From contig CAWGRW010000009.1 in assembly GCA_963825135.1 (NCBI GenBank), positions 2,464,001-2,528,000 on the forward strand: 64,000 nt of DNA. The letters run 5' to 3'. This DNA comes from an uncultured bacterium. Lineage in GTDB: Bacteria > Desulfobacterota_D > UBA1144 > Nemesobacterales > UBA2774. Position 1 is the first letter of the stretch; the number at the start of each line of letters is the position of its first letter. Below, in pieces: positions 31,588-42,095 of this stretch. Position numbers and translations under genes: made by a program. Under the pieces are notes generated by a model. The model saw only the letters and a list, made by a program, of their open reading frames with translations, had not been told where the DNA came from and did not search any database.

Positions 31588-31715
31588 TCTCTTATCCCAT
31601 GGCGCTTCCGCCGGGAATTAATAATATACAAAAGCCCGGAAACATCAAAAATTACTGAGGAAAATATGAGTCGTTTATTGACTTATCATCTAAAGAGCAA
31701 TTAATATTAAGGGCA

Positions 31716-32699
31716 ATGTATTTCCCCGCCTACCGTCCGAGAAGGCTCAGAAAAAACGAGCGGCTTAGAGATATGATCGCCGAGACCTCCATATCGGCCG
31801 GGGAGCTCGTATACCCGATGTTTGTCACGCCGGGCAAGGGTCAAAAAATTGAAGTAAGCTCGATGCCCGGTATCTATAAGCAGTCGGCGGACAATATCGT
31901 AAAGGAAGCGATTGAGGCCGGGAAACAGGGCATCAATGCGATACTCCTCTTCGGAATACCGGAAAAAAAGGACGAGACCGGCTCTGAGGGTTACGACCCG
32001 AACGGCGTTATTCAGAAGGCCGTAAGGGAATTGAAGAAGAAGGCTAAGGGACTCGTGGTCATTACGGACGTCTGCATGTGCGAATACACAAGCCACGGGC
32101 ACTGCGGCATTATTAAGCATGGCGATGTGGATAACGACGAGACTATAGAGTGCCTCGCCAAAATGGCCCTCTCTCACGCGGAGGCCGGGGCCGATATGGT
32201 GGCGCCTTCCGATATGATGGACGGACGCGTGGGTGTCATCAGGGACGCGCTCGACGATAACGGCTTCGAGAGCCTGCCGATAATGGCCTATTCAGCGAAG
32301 TACGCATCTTCCTTTTACGGTCCTTTCAGGGAGGCTGCGGAGTCCCCTCCCCAGTTCGGGGACAGGAAGGGCTACCAGATGGACCGCCGGAACGTCAGGG
32401 AAGCGCTGAGGGAGATCGCTCTCGATATAGACGAAGGTGCGGATATCGTGATGATAAAGCCCGCGCTTTCCTATCTCGATGTCATCAGGGCCGCGAGGGA
32501 GGAGTTCGACCACCCTGTCGCCGCATATAACGTGAGCGGGGAGTACTCTATGGTCAAGGCCGCGGGGCGCATGGGGTGGATAGACGAAGCGGAGGTCATG
32601 ATGGAGATACTGACAAGCATCAAGAGGGCCGGGGCCGATCTCATAATCACCTACCACGCAGTGGAAGCGGCGAGGCTTCTTAACGGGTCGCGGAAATAA
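31716..32699 (+). CDS. hemB: Porphobilinogen synthase
   Basis: DVCMCEYTSHGHCG (Zn ligands), APSDMMDGRV, GADIVMIKP, YNVSGEY. Confidence 0.97.
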   Translation: MYFPAYRPRRLRKNERLRDMIAETSISAGELVYPMFVTPGKGQKIEVSSMPGIYKQSADNIVKEAIEAGKQGINAILLFGIPEKKDETGSEGYDPNGVIQKAVRELKKKAKGLVVITDVCMCEYTSHGHCGIIKHGDVDNDETIECLAKMALSHAEAGADMVAPSDMMDGRVGVIRDALDDNGFESLPIMAYSAKYASSFYGPFREAAESPPQFGDRKGYQMDRRNVREALREIALDIDEGADIVMIKPALSYLDVIRAAREEFDHPVAAYNVSGEYSMVKAAGRMGWIDEAEVMMEILTSIKRAGADLIITYHAVEAARLLNGSRK

Positions 32700-32701
32700 C
32701 T

Positions 32702-32905
32702 ATGGAATACACGAGCTACAAGGTGGTCGAGGTCGCGGTCGTTACCGACGAGGAGCTTGAGAAGGTAATAAACAGGTGGGTCGGCGAGGGCTGGGTGTTA
32801 GACGGCATACACTTCGCCATGAGGGAGTCATCGAGACGGCCTTCCATGGCTTTCGTCGTATTCGCTTCAAATAAGAGCGAACCCATAAAGAACCACAGCT
32901 CTTAG
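32702..32905 (+). CDS. Small protein (DUF4177-like)
   Basis: YKVVE...LEKVINRWVGEGW; directly follows hemB. Confidence 0.65.
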   Translation: MEYTSYKVVEVAVVTDEELEKVINRWVGEGWVLDGIHFAMRESSRRPSMAFVVFASNKSEPIKNHSS

Positions 32906-32969
32906 ACGGGGACTATGCTGCCCCGGCTAAGGAGCGCCGCTCTTTTCGCCGATATGTTTATCCCCGGGT

Positions 32970-33686
32970 TCAGGGTTTTTTGCCGAGGGCCCTTTCTATC
33001 GCCGTGAGGTCGCTTATCCTGTCCATCCCGCGCACGCTCTCGTACTCCCCTTCCCTGTCGAGGAGGAGCGCCCTGATGCCAAGCGCCCTCGCCCCGTGGA
33101 AGTCGTTCTGGAGGTCGTCCCCGACGTGTATGACCTCGCGTGACTTCCTGCCCGTGCGCTCGAGCGCCATCGAGAATATCCCGTGTGAGGGCTTGGCGTG
33201 ACCCGCTTCGCTCGATATCACGAACACGTCGAAGTACTCGTAGATTCCCAATTCCTTCATGACGTCGTAAACCCGCGAGTCGAAGTTGGATATGATGCCT
33301 AGGGTGTAGCCCGCGCCCTTGAGAGAGGACAATACCTCGGCGGTCTCGGGAAAGAGCGTCCACGCCCCCCCTCTGAATACCTCGAAGAGCTCGTCGAAGT
33401 GGGGGTCGAATTCGTCGAACATTCCGATCTCGCCGTACACACTCTGTACTATCGCGCGCCACCACTGCTTCTCGAGCCTCTTCCTTTCTTCCGGAGTAAC
33501 GTTTCCGAAAGCGAGCGGGGGGGCAGATTTGAACGCGCGGGAGAAGGCCTGTTTAATGTCGGACGGGTCCGGGTCCGCGCCGTACTTCCTCGCGACCTCG
33601 GCGTAGGTATGGCCGAGCCCGCGCCTTATGTAAAAGAGCGTATCGGCAGCGTCAAAAAAAATAGTTTTTATTTTGTCCTTTCTCAT
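32970..33686 (-). CDS. HAD-IA family hydrolase
   Basis: FFDAADTL, ISNFD, KP, HVGDDLQNDFHGA. Confidence 0.9.
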   Translation of the reverse strand: MRKDKIKTIFFDAADTLFYIRRGLGHTYAEVARKYGADPDPSDIKQAFSRAFKSAPPLAFGNVTPEERKRLEKQWWRAIVQSVYGEIGMFDEFDPHFDELFEVFRGGAWTLFPETAEVLSSLKGAGYTLGIISNFDSRVYDVMKELGIYEYFDVFVISSEAGHAKPSHGIFSMALERTGRKSREVIHVGDDLQNDFHGARALGIRALLLDREGEYESVRGMDRISDLTAIERALGKKP

Positions 33687-33750
33687 GTCCCGCACCGTTT
33701 TGAGTGAACGGGGATTTAATATACACTCTATTTTTAAAGGGAGTAATAGA

Positions 33751-34140
33751 GTGGCCGATAATAACTATCGAGTGTACGCGGTAGCCATAATGGACGATAT
33801 TTTCTTCGCTTCGAAGATCAGGGAAGCCGCCTCCTCCGCCGGGCTGGATATCGAATTCATAAAAGGAGCGGACGAGCTTGCGGCAACGGTCTTCCCGGGG
33901 ACGCCTTCCCTGGTGATCGTCGACCTCGGGAACAAAAAAATAAACGCCATGCAGTTAATCGGGGCAATAAAGGGCCGGGACGACCTCAAGGGCGCGCGGG
34001 TTATAGGCTACCTGCCCCATGTCGAGAAAGGGCTCATGAATGCTGCGCTCGACGCCGGATACGATATTGTCCTTCCGAGGTCGAGGTTCTCTTTAGAATT
34101 GATAGAGATACTCTCGGGCATTGCCGCCGTTTACGATTAA
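33751..34140 (+). CDS. Stand-alone receiver-like protein
   Basis: MDDIFFASKI, LVIVDL, GYLPHV, LPRSRF. GTG start with GGGAG SD. Confidence 0.7.
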   Translation: MADNNYRVYAVAIMDDIFFASKIREAASSAGLDIEFIKGADELAATVFPGTPSLVIVDLGNKKINAMQLIGAIKGRDDLKGARVIGYLPHVEKGLMNAALDAGYDIVLPRSRFSLELIEILSGIAAVYD

Positions 34141-34152
34141 ACCCTTTCCGGC

Positions 34153-37100
34153 TCAGTAGCCGAGATTGGGCCTGAGCCACTTCTCGACTTCCGCGAGGGT
34201 CATTTGCTTTCGCCCCGCGTAGTCCTCCGCCTGGTCCCTGTCTATCTCTCCGACGTGAAAATACTTCGCCTTCGGGTGGGCGAAATAAAGACCGGCGACG
34301 GAGCTCGGAGGGTATATGGCGTAGTTCTCCGTGAGCCTTGCGCCTATGTTCTTCTCCGCGTCCAGGAGCCTCCACAACGTTTCCTTCTCCGTGTGGTCCG
34401 GACACGCGGGATAACCGGGAGCCGGTCTTATGCCCCTGTACTTTTCCTTGCTCATATCCTCGTACGAGAGGTTTTCGCTTTTTCCGTAGCCCCAGTTCTC
34501 GCGCGCTTTTTTATGCATCATCTCGGCAAGCGCCTCGGCTATCCTGTCCCCGAGGGCCTGCACCATTATCGCGGAGTAATCGTCGTGCTTCTCCTTGAAG
34601 TACCCGGCGTATTGCTCGACCCCCTCGCCGGCCGTGACGGCGAACCCGCCCAGATAGTCCTCCCGCCCCGAATCCGCCGGCGCTACGAAATCGGCCAGGC
34701 ATAGGTATTTCTCGTTCTTCCCCCTGTCCTTCTGCTGGCGGAGGAAGTGGAGCACCGCTATGGCGCGGGTCCGGGTGTTGTCGGAGTAAACCTCGACGTC
34801 GTCCCCTTTTCTTCCCGCGGGCCAGAACGCGAGCACCGCTTTCGGCCTGAACCTTTTTTCGGCGATTATTCGTTTCAGGAGCTTTTGAGCGTCGTCGAAG
34901 AGGCTCTTCGCCTGCTTGCCCCATTTCTTGTGCTCGAGTATCTTCGGGTATTGCCCCTTGAGCTCCCACACCCAGAAGAACGGCGACCAGTCTATGAACG
35001 GTATGACGAATTCGAGGTCTATGTGGTCGAATACCTGGACCCCGAGCTTTTCAGGCGCGTCGATTCCGGCTTTCTTCCAATCGTCTGTAAACCCCTTAGC
35101 CCTCGCCCTGTCTATCGCGAGGTATCCCGTCTTCAGCTTCGATCTCTCGTGGAGCTTTCTAAGCTCGTCGTGACGCTTTGCCTGCTCCCTTACGAATTCC
35201 CCGTGCTTCTCGGGGTTGAGCAGGTCGTTGCACACACCCACGACGAGGGAGGCGTCGAGCACGTGGCTCACGACGCCGCTGTAGTGGGGGGCTATTTTTA
35301 TCGCCGTATGGGCCTTGCTCGTTGTGGCTCCCCCTATGAGGAGCGGGGTACTGAACCCCTGCCTCTCCATCTCGGAGGCGTTATGGACCATCTCGTCGAG
35401 CGAAGGGGTGATGAGGCCGCTCAATCCGATGATATTCGCGTCCACTTCCTTCGCCTTTTTCAGAATATTCTCGCAGGGGACCATCACGCCCAGATCAAAA
35501 ACCTCGTAATTATTGCAGCCCAGCACCACGGAGACGATGTTTTTTCCTATATCGTGGACGTCCCCCTTGACCGTCGCGATGACGAATTTTCCCCTTACCC
35601 TGCCGCCGCCTGATTTCAGCTTCTCGGCTTCCATGAAGGGCTCGAGCCAGGCGACAGCCTTTTTCATTACGCGGGCGCTCTTCACCACCTGGGGGAGGAA
35701 CATCTTCCCCTCGCCGAAGAGCTTTCCCACCACTTTCATGCCGTCCATCAGCGGGCCCTCGATCACGTCGAGGGGTTTCGCGTACTTAAGCCGCGCTTCT
35801 TCGGTGTCCTTCTCTATAAATGCGTCTATACCCTTGACGAGGGCATGAGAGAGCCGCTCTTCGACGCTCCCCTCCCTCCAGGTTTCCGTTTCTTTCTCTT
35901 TGATCTCGCCCGTGCCTTTGATCTTCTCGGCGTACTCTATCAGTATCTCAGTGGCTTCAGGTTTTCTGTTGAGGAGCACGTCTTCTACCTTTTGAAGGAG
36001 ATCCTTGTCTATTTCCTCGTACACCTCGAGCATCCCGGCGTTCACTATGGCCATGTCGAGGCCGGCGTTAATAGCATGGTAGAGGAAAGCGCTGTGCATA
36101 GCCTCCCTGACGAGGTTGTTCCCGCGGAACGAAAACGATATGTTGCTTATGCCGCCGCTCGTTTTCGCGCCCGGGCACGAGGCCTTAATTTCCTTTACGG
36201 ATTCTATGAAATCGAGCGCGTAGTTATTGTGCTCCTCTATCCCCGTCGCAACGGTGAGGACGTTGGGGTCGAATATTATGTCGCAGGGGTCCATGCCTAC
36301 CTTCTCTGTGAGGAGTTTATACGCCCTGCCGCATATCCTCACCTTGTCGTCTTTGGTAGCCGCCTGCCCTTCCTCGTCAAACGCCATCACCACGGCCGCC
36401 GCCCCGTAACGCATCACCTTCCTCGCCTGCTCCAGGAACTTGGCCTCCCCTTCTTTGAGGCTGATGGAGTTGACTATGCACTTGCCCTGGATGCACTTGA
36501 GGCCGGCCTCTATTACGGAGAACTTGGAGCTGTCTATCATTACCGGTACGCGCGATATGTCGGGCTCGGACGCGATGAGGTTCATGAAACGCGTCATGCA
36601 CGCCTCGCCGTCGAGCAGTGCTTCGTCGAAGTTTACGTCGATGACGTTGGCTCCGTTCTCGACCTGCTGCTTCGCCACGGCGAGCGCCCCTTCAAAATCG
36701 TCTTCCTTAATGAGCTTCGCGAACCTGGGGGAGCCGGTCACGTTGGTCCTCTCCCCTACCATGATGAAAGGCGCGTCTTTTCCCAGGTTAAGCGCTTCGA
36801 GTCCGCTCAGCCGTGTCGCGGGAGCGATTTCCGGGACCCGGCGGGGCGGGTACTTGGCGACTTTCTCAGCGATCGCCCTTATGTGCTCGGGCGTCGTGCC
36901 GCAGCACCCGCCCACGATGTTGAGAAACCCGCTCGCGGCGAAATCTTCGAGGTACGAAGATGTATCGGCCGGGGTCTGGTCGTACCCGGTCTCGCTCAGC
37001 GGATTGGGGAGCCCGGCGTTCGGGTAGCAGCTGACGAAGCAGTCCGCTATCCTCGAGAGCTCTTCTAAGTACGGGCGCATCTCCGCGGCCCCGAGGGCGC

Positions 37101-37851
37101 AGTTTATGCCCACGCTCATGGGCCTGGCGTGCCTGACCGAATTCCAGAACGCCTCGAGCGTCTGACCGGAGAGAGTCCTCCCGGAGGCGTCCGTGATGGT
37201 TACGGACAGCATCAGGGGGAGGCGCACCGGGTGCTCGTCGAGGAACCTGAATATTCCGTAGATCGCGGCCTTCAGGTTGAGCGTGTCGAACGTCGTCTCG
37301 GCGAGTATGATGTCGATACCCCCGGCGGCGAGTCCCGTTAGCTGCTCGTAGTATGCCTCGACTAGTTCGTCGAATGTGACGCCCCTTACCGCAGGGTCGC
37401 CCACATCGGGGGAGATGGACGCGGATTTGGTCGTCGGGCCGAGCGCTCCGGCGACGAAGCATTTGCGGCCCGGGTGTTCGGACATGAACTCGTCAGCCGT
37501 TTTTCTGGCGAGTCTCGCGGCGGCCTTATTCAATTCAAAAACGATCCCCTCGAGCTTGTAGTCCGCCTGGGAGATGCGGTTCGCGTTAAACGTATTGGTC
37601 TCGATTATATCGGCGCCCGCTTCGAGATAGCTCCGGTGTATGTCGGATATAATGTCGGGTCTCGTCAGGCACAGGAGGTCGTTATCGCCCTTGAGCTCCA
37701 TCGGGTGGTCTCTAAATATTTCCCCCCGGAAGTCCGGCTCCCCGAGCTTGTGGCGCTGTATCATAGTGCCCATTGCGCCGTCTATAAAGAGTATCCGCTC
37801 GGAGAGGAGTGCTCTCAGTGCTTTAAGCTGTTCCGATTCCTTTATAATCAT
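34153..37851 (-). CDS. metH: Cobalamin-dependent methionine synthase
   Basis: [52 protein letters not shown]. Confidence 0.97.
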   Translation of the reverse strand: MIIKESEQLKALRALLSERILFIDGAMGTMIQRHKLGEPDFRGEIFRDHPMELKGDNDLLCLTRPDIISDIHRSYLEAGADIIETNTFNANRISQADYKLEGIVFELNKAAARLARKTADEFMSEHPGRKCFVAGALGPTTKSASISPDVGDPAVRGVTFDELVEAYYEQLTGLAAGGIDIILAETTFDTLNLKAAIYGIFRFLDEHPVRLPLMLSVTITDASGRTLSGQTLEAFWNSVRHARPMSVGINCALGAAEMRPYLEELSRIADCFVSCYPNAGLPNPLSETGYDQTPADTSSYLEDFAASGFLNIVGGCCGTTPEHIRAIAEKVAKYPPRRVPEIAPATRLSGLEALNLGKDAPFIMVGERTNVTGSPRFAKLIKEDDFEGALAVAKQQVENGANVIDVNFDEALLDGEACMTRFMNLIASEPDISRVPVMIDSSKFSVIEAGLKCIQGKCIVNSISLKEGEAKFLEQARKVMRYGAAAVVMAFDEEGQAATKDDKVRICGRAYKLLTEKVGMDPCDIIFDPNVLTVATGIEEHNNYALDFIESVKEIKASCPGAKTSGGISNISFSFRGNNLVREAMHSAFLYHAINAGLDMAIVNAGMLEVYEEIDKDLLQKVEDVLLNRKPEATEILIEYAEKIKGTGEIKEKETETWREGSVEERLSHALVKGIDAFIEKDTEEARLKYAKPLDVIEGPLMDGMKVVGKLFGEGKMFLPQVVKSARVMKKAVAWLEPFMEAEKLKSGGGRVRGKFVIATVKGDVHDIGKNIVSVVLGCNNYEVFDLGVMVPCENILKKAKEVDANIIGLSGLITPSLDEMVHNASEMERQGFSTPLLIGGATTSKAHTAIKIAPHYSGVVSHVLDASLVVGVCNDLLNPEKHGEFVREQAKRHDELRKLHERSKLKTGYLAIDRARAKGFTDDWKKAGIDAPEKLGVQVFDHIDLEFVIPFIDWSPFFWVWELKGQYPKILEHKKWGKQAKSLFDDAQKLLKRIIAEKRFRPKAVLAFWPAGRKGDDVEVYSDNTRTRAIAVLHFLRQQKDRGKNEKYLCLADFVAPADSGREDYLGGFAVTAGEGVEQYAGYFKEKHDDYSAIMVQALGDRIAEALAEMMHKKARENWGYGKSENLSYEDMSKEKYRGIRPAPGYPACPDHTEKETLWRLLDAEKNIGARLTENYAIYPPSSVAGLYFAHPKAKYFHVGEIDRDQAEDYAGRKQMTLAEVEKWLRPNLGY

Positions 37852-37908
37852 AAGGCATTATTATACCAAATCGGTTTTTCCGCGGTAGCTTCGGGGCGAA
37901 GGGGGCTT

Positions 37909-38715
37909 TCACTTCCACTCGTCTCTAAGTCGCCTGAGCTCTACGAAATAAGAGGCATTGGAGTCTCCGAGGTCCGGGTTTCTTTTTCTGAGCTCTTTCG
38001 TTAACCCGGGGGAATCGTAGCGGAGGAAGGGGTTGTATTTCTTTTCCTCGGATATTGTCGTCGGCGCGGGTTCTTTTCCTTTAGACCGCAATTTTTCGAT
38101 TTGATTCAGCTTTTTCGCCGCCTCCCTGTTCCCGGGTTCGAGGTCGAGCGCGAACCTCAGATTCGGCGCAGAGTAATCGTGTCCCGGGAGTATGCGGAGA
38201 CTCTCGGGGAGCGTGCGTATCCTGGTCTCCATGGTTTTAAAAAGCTCGCTGGCGTCCCCCCTGTGTTTCAGATTCCCGGTGCCTGCGAGATAGAGCGTGT
38301 CCCCCGAAAATACGTATTCCCCCATGATAAGTATCATATGCTCCGGGCAGTGTCCGGGGGTATGTACCGCTCTCAGGCTCGATCTCCCTACTTCGATCGT
38401 ATCCCCGTCGTTCACGGCGCTTGACCTCGGGGAAACCATATCCCTTCCCAGTGGATGCACGAGTATCTCGGACATAGTCACTTTGAGTATCGGGTCGTTC
38501 CCCTTTGTATGGTCGGGGTGGCAGTGCGTGTTGATTATGTATTTAACGCTGAGCCCGCGATGCCTAACGAAATTCAGTATCGTAACGGGGTCGAACGGGT
38601 CTATTACAGCGCATTCGGAGGTCTCGGGGCACCAGACTACATAGTTATAGTTGCTGTCGCTTTCGGGCGCCCTTAACCTTGCGATTCCATAACCGTTTCC
38701 GGAGTATACATCCAT
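37909..38715 (-). CDS. gloB: Hydroxyacylglutathione hydrolase (glyoxalase II-like MBL)
   Basis: THCHPDH, TPGH, SGDTL, PGHDY, EKKYNPFLR. Confidence 0.85.
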   Translation of the reverse strand: MDVYSGNGYGIARLRAPESDSNYNYVVWCPETSECAVIDPFDPVTILNFVRHRGLSVKYIINTHCHPDHTKGNDPILKVTMSEILVHPLGRDMVSPRSSAVNDGDTIEVGRSSLRAVHTPGHCPEHMILIMGEYVFSGDTLYLAGTGNLKHRGDASELFKTMETRIRTLPESLRILPGHDYSAPNLRFALDLEPGNREAAKKLNQIEKLRSKGKEPAPTTISEEKKYNPFLRYDSPGLTKELRKRNPDLGDSNASYFVELRRLRDEWK

Positions 38716-38882
38716 TCTCTCTTGTTCCCTCGCAATTTATCCGCCCCCTTGCGGCCGGGGACCAGGTAACTATTATGCCATATTACTATTCATATTAATT
38801 TAACGGGTAGGGTAAAATATAGACCACGTGAAATATTATATTCAATTCTCGAACGAACATAGATGAGTAAAGGGGACGGATA

Positions 38883-39317
38883 TTGAGACCGGAGAGAGTT
38901 CCTTTGATTGCGGCTGTTTTGTTTTTGGCCCTGGCCGCGGGATGCAACAAGAAGCCTGAATACGTGCCGGGGATGAGCGTGCAGGGGTTCAGGGCCTCTA
39001 TTTCGAAGATCCTGTTCTCCCCGATAGCCTTCGACGGGGCGACTGTAGCCGTAGAGGGGATAGTCGGGGCCGTGAGCGAGGTTAATCCGGACCGGGAAGA
39101 CGTCGTGACTAATTTCAGGCTGGTCGACTTAGACGGCAATTTTATAAATGTGGAGATGCCCGGCTCCTGGGAAATCGCCGAGGACGACTACATTATCGTC
39201 GGGGGCATTTATAGTAAAAACGGCAATATACTCGCGGCCGAGCAGTTCGAGAAAATAGTGCTCGAAGGGGACGACAAAGACCAGGACAAGGAAATTCAAA
39301 AGCGGGACAACTGGTAG
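38883..39317 (+). CDS. Small lipoprotein (OB-fold-like)
   Basis: Lipobox LAAG|C, TTG start with SD. Confidence 0.7.
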   Translation: MRPERVPLIAAVLFLALAAGCNKKPEYVPGMSVQGFRASISKILFSPIAFDGATVAVEGIVGAVSEVNPDREDVVTNFRLVDLDGNFINVEMPGSWEIAEDDYIIVGGIYSKNGNILAAEQFEKIVLEGDDKDQDKEIQKRDNW

Positions 39318-39406
39318 CGTGCGCCGGATGCGGGCTCCCGGCTTTGACATTACGCGGCTTAGAGGGTAACTTCTTTGATTTATTCAATATATATGTGGGA
39401 GATTTT

Positions 39407-40696
39407 ATGAGTTTCGTAAAGGGACTTAAGTGCAAGGAGTGCGGCGAGGAATATCCGAAAGAGCCCCTTCACGTCTGCGAGACGTGCTTCGGACCGCTCG
39501 AGGCTTCATACAATTACGACGGGATAAAGAAAGTCCTTACCAGGGAAACGATAGAGAGCAGAGACAGGAGCATCTGGAGGTACAAGGAGCTCCTGCCCGT
39601 GGATAAGGAACCCACGGTAGGGCTCAACGTGGGTTTTACGCCCCTCATCAGGGCCGAGAACCTTGGCCGGGCGCTCGGCGTAAGGGAGATATACGTAAAG
39701 AACGACGCCGTATGTTATCCCACGCTGTCGTTTAAGGACAGGGTCGTTTCGGTGGCCCTTTCCAAGGCTAAGGAATTCGGGTTCAAGACGGCGGCATGCG
39801 CCTCGACCGGGAACCTCGCGAACGCCGTCGCGTCCCTGACGGTTTCGGGGAACCTCGATAGCTACATATTCATCCCCTATGATCTGGAACAGGCAAAAAT
39901 AATCGGGACGACCATTTTTGGCGCAAATCTCATCGGAGTCAGGGGTACGTATGACGACGTCAACAGACTCTGCAGCGAGGTCGCCGGGAAATTCGGGTGG
40001 GCCTTCGTAAACATAAACATGAGGCCCTATTACGCCGAGGGCTCAAAATCGTTCGCTTTCGAGATGATGGAGCAGCTGGGCTGGCGCACTCCGAAGCACA
40101 TAGTGGTCCCTATGGCCAGCGGTTCTCTCCTGACCAAGGTCTGGAAGGCTATAAAGGAGTTCGAGACGCTGGGGCTGGTGGAGGAGAACGGTACGAAGAT
40201 CTACGGGGCTCAGGCGACGGGATGCTCTCCCATTACCACGGCTCTCAAGAACGACTGGGAGATATTCAAACCCGTGAAGCCCGACACCATAGCGAAATCT
40301 CTCGCTATCGGCACCCCTGCCGACGGGTTTTACGCGATGTGCGTTATGAGAGAGAGCGGGGGGTGGGGTGAGGACGTGACGGACGAGGAAATAATCGAAG
40401 GCATAAAGCTCCTGGCCGAGACCGAGGGCATATTCACAGAAACCGCGGGCGGGGTCACTATGGCAGTTACGAAAAAGCTCATACAGCAGGGAGTGATACC
40501 GAAGAACGAGTCCATTGTCGTTTCGATAACAGGGAACGGGTTAAAAACACAGGAGGCGATCGCCGACAGTGTGGCGCAACCTGTGATAATAGATCCGAGA
40601 CTTGAGGAATTTGAAGAGCTATATTTGAAACTAAAGGAACTTGAAGATAAAGGAGGTACGAAAGATGCCCTCTGTTCGCATTCCCACACCGCTTAG
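39407..40696 (+). CDS. thrC: Threonine synthase-like PLP enzyme with N-terminal Zn ribbon
   Basis: CKEC...CETC, SFKDR (PLP Lys), CASTGN, TGNGLK. Confidence 0.88.
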   Translation: MSFVKGLKCKECGEEYPKEPLHVCETCFGPLEASYNYDGIKKVLTRETIESRDRSIWRYKELLPVDKEPTVGLNVGFTPLIRAENLGRALGVREIYVKNDAVCYPTLSFKDRVVSVALSKAKEFGFKTAACASTGNLANAVASLTVSGNLDSYIFIPYDLEQAKIIGTTIFGANLIGVRGTYDDVNRLCSEVAGKFGWAFVNINMRPYYAEGSKSFAFEMMEQLGWRTPKHIVVPMASGSLLTKVWKAIKEFETLGLVEENGTKIYGAQATGCSPITTALKNDWEIFKPVKPDTIAKSLAIGTPADGFYAMCVMRESGGWGEDVTDEEIIEGIKLLAETEGIFTETAGGVTMAVTKKLIQQGVIPKNESIVVSITGNGLKTQEAIADSVAQPVIIDPRLEEFEELYLKLKELEDKGGTKDALCSHSHTA

Positions 40697-40940
40697 GAAG
40701 CTTACTTCGGACAAGGACGAGGTTACAATAAGCGCGGCCAGCATCGGCCAGCTGATCGACGAGATGGAAAGCCGGTATCCCGGAATTAAAAGCAGGCTTT
40801 GCGATGAATCGGGCAATGTCCGGAGATTCATCAACCTCTACGTCAATAACGAGGATATCAGGTTTTTAAACGGGAAGGATACCGCTCTTAATGAAGGGGA
40901 TATCGTATCTATAATTCCCGCCATTGCCGGCGGCTGCTGA
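40665..40940 (+). CDS. MoaD/ThiS/CysO-family ubiquitin-like sulfur carrier
   Basis: [11 protein letters not shown]...[13 protein letters not shown]...IIPAIAGGC, with AAGGAGG SD. Confidence 0.9.
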   Translation: MPSVRIPTPLRKLTSDKDEVTISAASIGQLIDEMESRYPGIKSRLCDESGNVRRFINLYVNNEDIRFLNGKDTALNEGDIVSIIPAIAGGC

Positions 40941-40982
40941 TTACGCGCACGGGAAAACCGCGCCATGGCGCAAATCCCACAG

Positions 40983-42074
40983 TCACTTGATGATTTCGTG
41001 GAGCTTCGATACGAACCTCTTTACCATGGGGACGTTTTCCTCTTCGCTGGCCTTAGCGAATTCTTCGAGTAACAGCTGCTGCTTCTTATTGAGCTTCACG
41101 GGCACCTCCACCTGTATCTGTATGTAGAGGTCGCCGTGCCCCCTGCCTTCCATCATAGGGACGCCCTTTCCCCTGAGCCTGAAAGTCTGGCCCGACTGCG
41201 TGCCGGCCGGTATCTTGATGGTGCTCTTTCCCTTGGGCGTGGGTATCGCTATTTCGGCCCCCATAGCGGCCTGAACGAATAAGATGGGCACGGTGCAGTA
41301 GAGGTCCTGTTCTTCTCTTCTGAAAAGAGGGTGTTCCTCGACGTGTATTTCGATGTAGAGGTCGCCGTTAGGCCCTTCCAGGTATCCGCTGTCTCCCTCC
41401 CCCCGCATCCTCAGCCTTACACCGTCTGCGACCCCGGCGGGCACTTTAACCTTGACCTGATGATCCGAGGCGACGTACCTTTCCCCCCTGCAGCGGACGC
41501 ATACCTTAGTAATGCGCTTCCCGGTCCCTCCGCAGGTCGGGCATGCCCTCTTTATGGCGAAAAGCCCCTGGGAGTACCTGAGCTCTCCCCTTCCCCCGCA
41601 GCTGGTGCAGACGACTTCACCGCCCCGGGCCGCCCCGCTGCCCCCGCATTCGCGGCACCTTTCGCGGCGCGGTATATTGAGCTCCCTTTCACACCCCTCT
41701 ATGGCTTCGTCGAAGGTAAGCTCGAGCGAGTACTTGAGGTCCCTGCCCTTACGCGACTTCTCGGCGCTACCGGCGTTGAAGACCTCTTCAAAAAGACTTC
41801 CGAATATGTCGCCGAAGCCCGATTCGAAATCGATGTCGGTGAACATTCCTTCCGCCGATATATGGCCGAAGCTGTCGTACCGCGCCCTTTTGTTAGGGTC
41901 GCTCAGGACCTGATAGGCTTCGTTGATTTGCTTGAATTTATCCTCGGCTTCGGGGTTGCCGGGGTTTCTGTCCGGGTGGAATTCGAAAGCGAGTCTCTTG
42001 TATGACCTTTTTACTTCCTCTACGGTGGAGTTGCGCTCTATCTGTAAGATTTCATAGTAATCAATACTTGCCAT
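40983..42074 (-). CDS. dnaJ: Chaperone DnaJ
   Basis: J domain with HPD, G/F region, four CxxCxGxG-type repeats. Confidence 0.95.
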   Translation of the reverse strand: MASIDYYEILQIERNSTVEEVKRSYKRLAFEFHPDRNPGNPEAEDKFKQINEAYQVLSDPNKRARYDSFGHISAEGMFTDIDFESGFGDIFGSLFEEVFNAGSAEKSRKGRDLKYSLELTFDEAIEGCERELNIPRRERCRECGGSGAARGGEVVCTSCGGRGELRYSQGLFAIKRACPTCGGTGKRITKVCVRCRGERYVASDHQVKVKVPAGVADGVRLRMRGEGDSGYLEGPNGDLYIEIHVEEHPLFRREEQDLYCTVPILFVQAAMGAEIAIPTPKGKSTIKIPAGTQSGQTFRLRGKGVPMMEGRGHGDLYIQIQVEVPVKLNKKQQLLLEEFAKASEEENVPMVKRFVSKLHEIIK

Positions 42075-42095
42075 TGATAACGAATCCGTAGAAGG

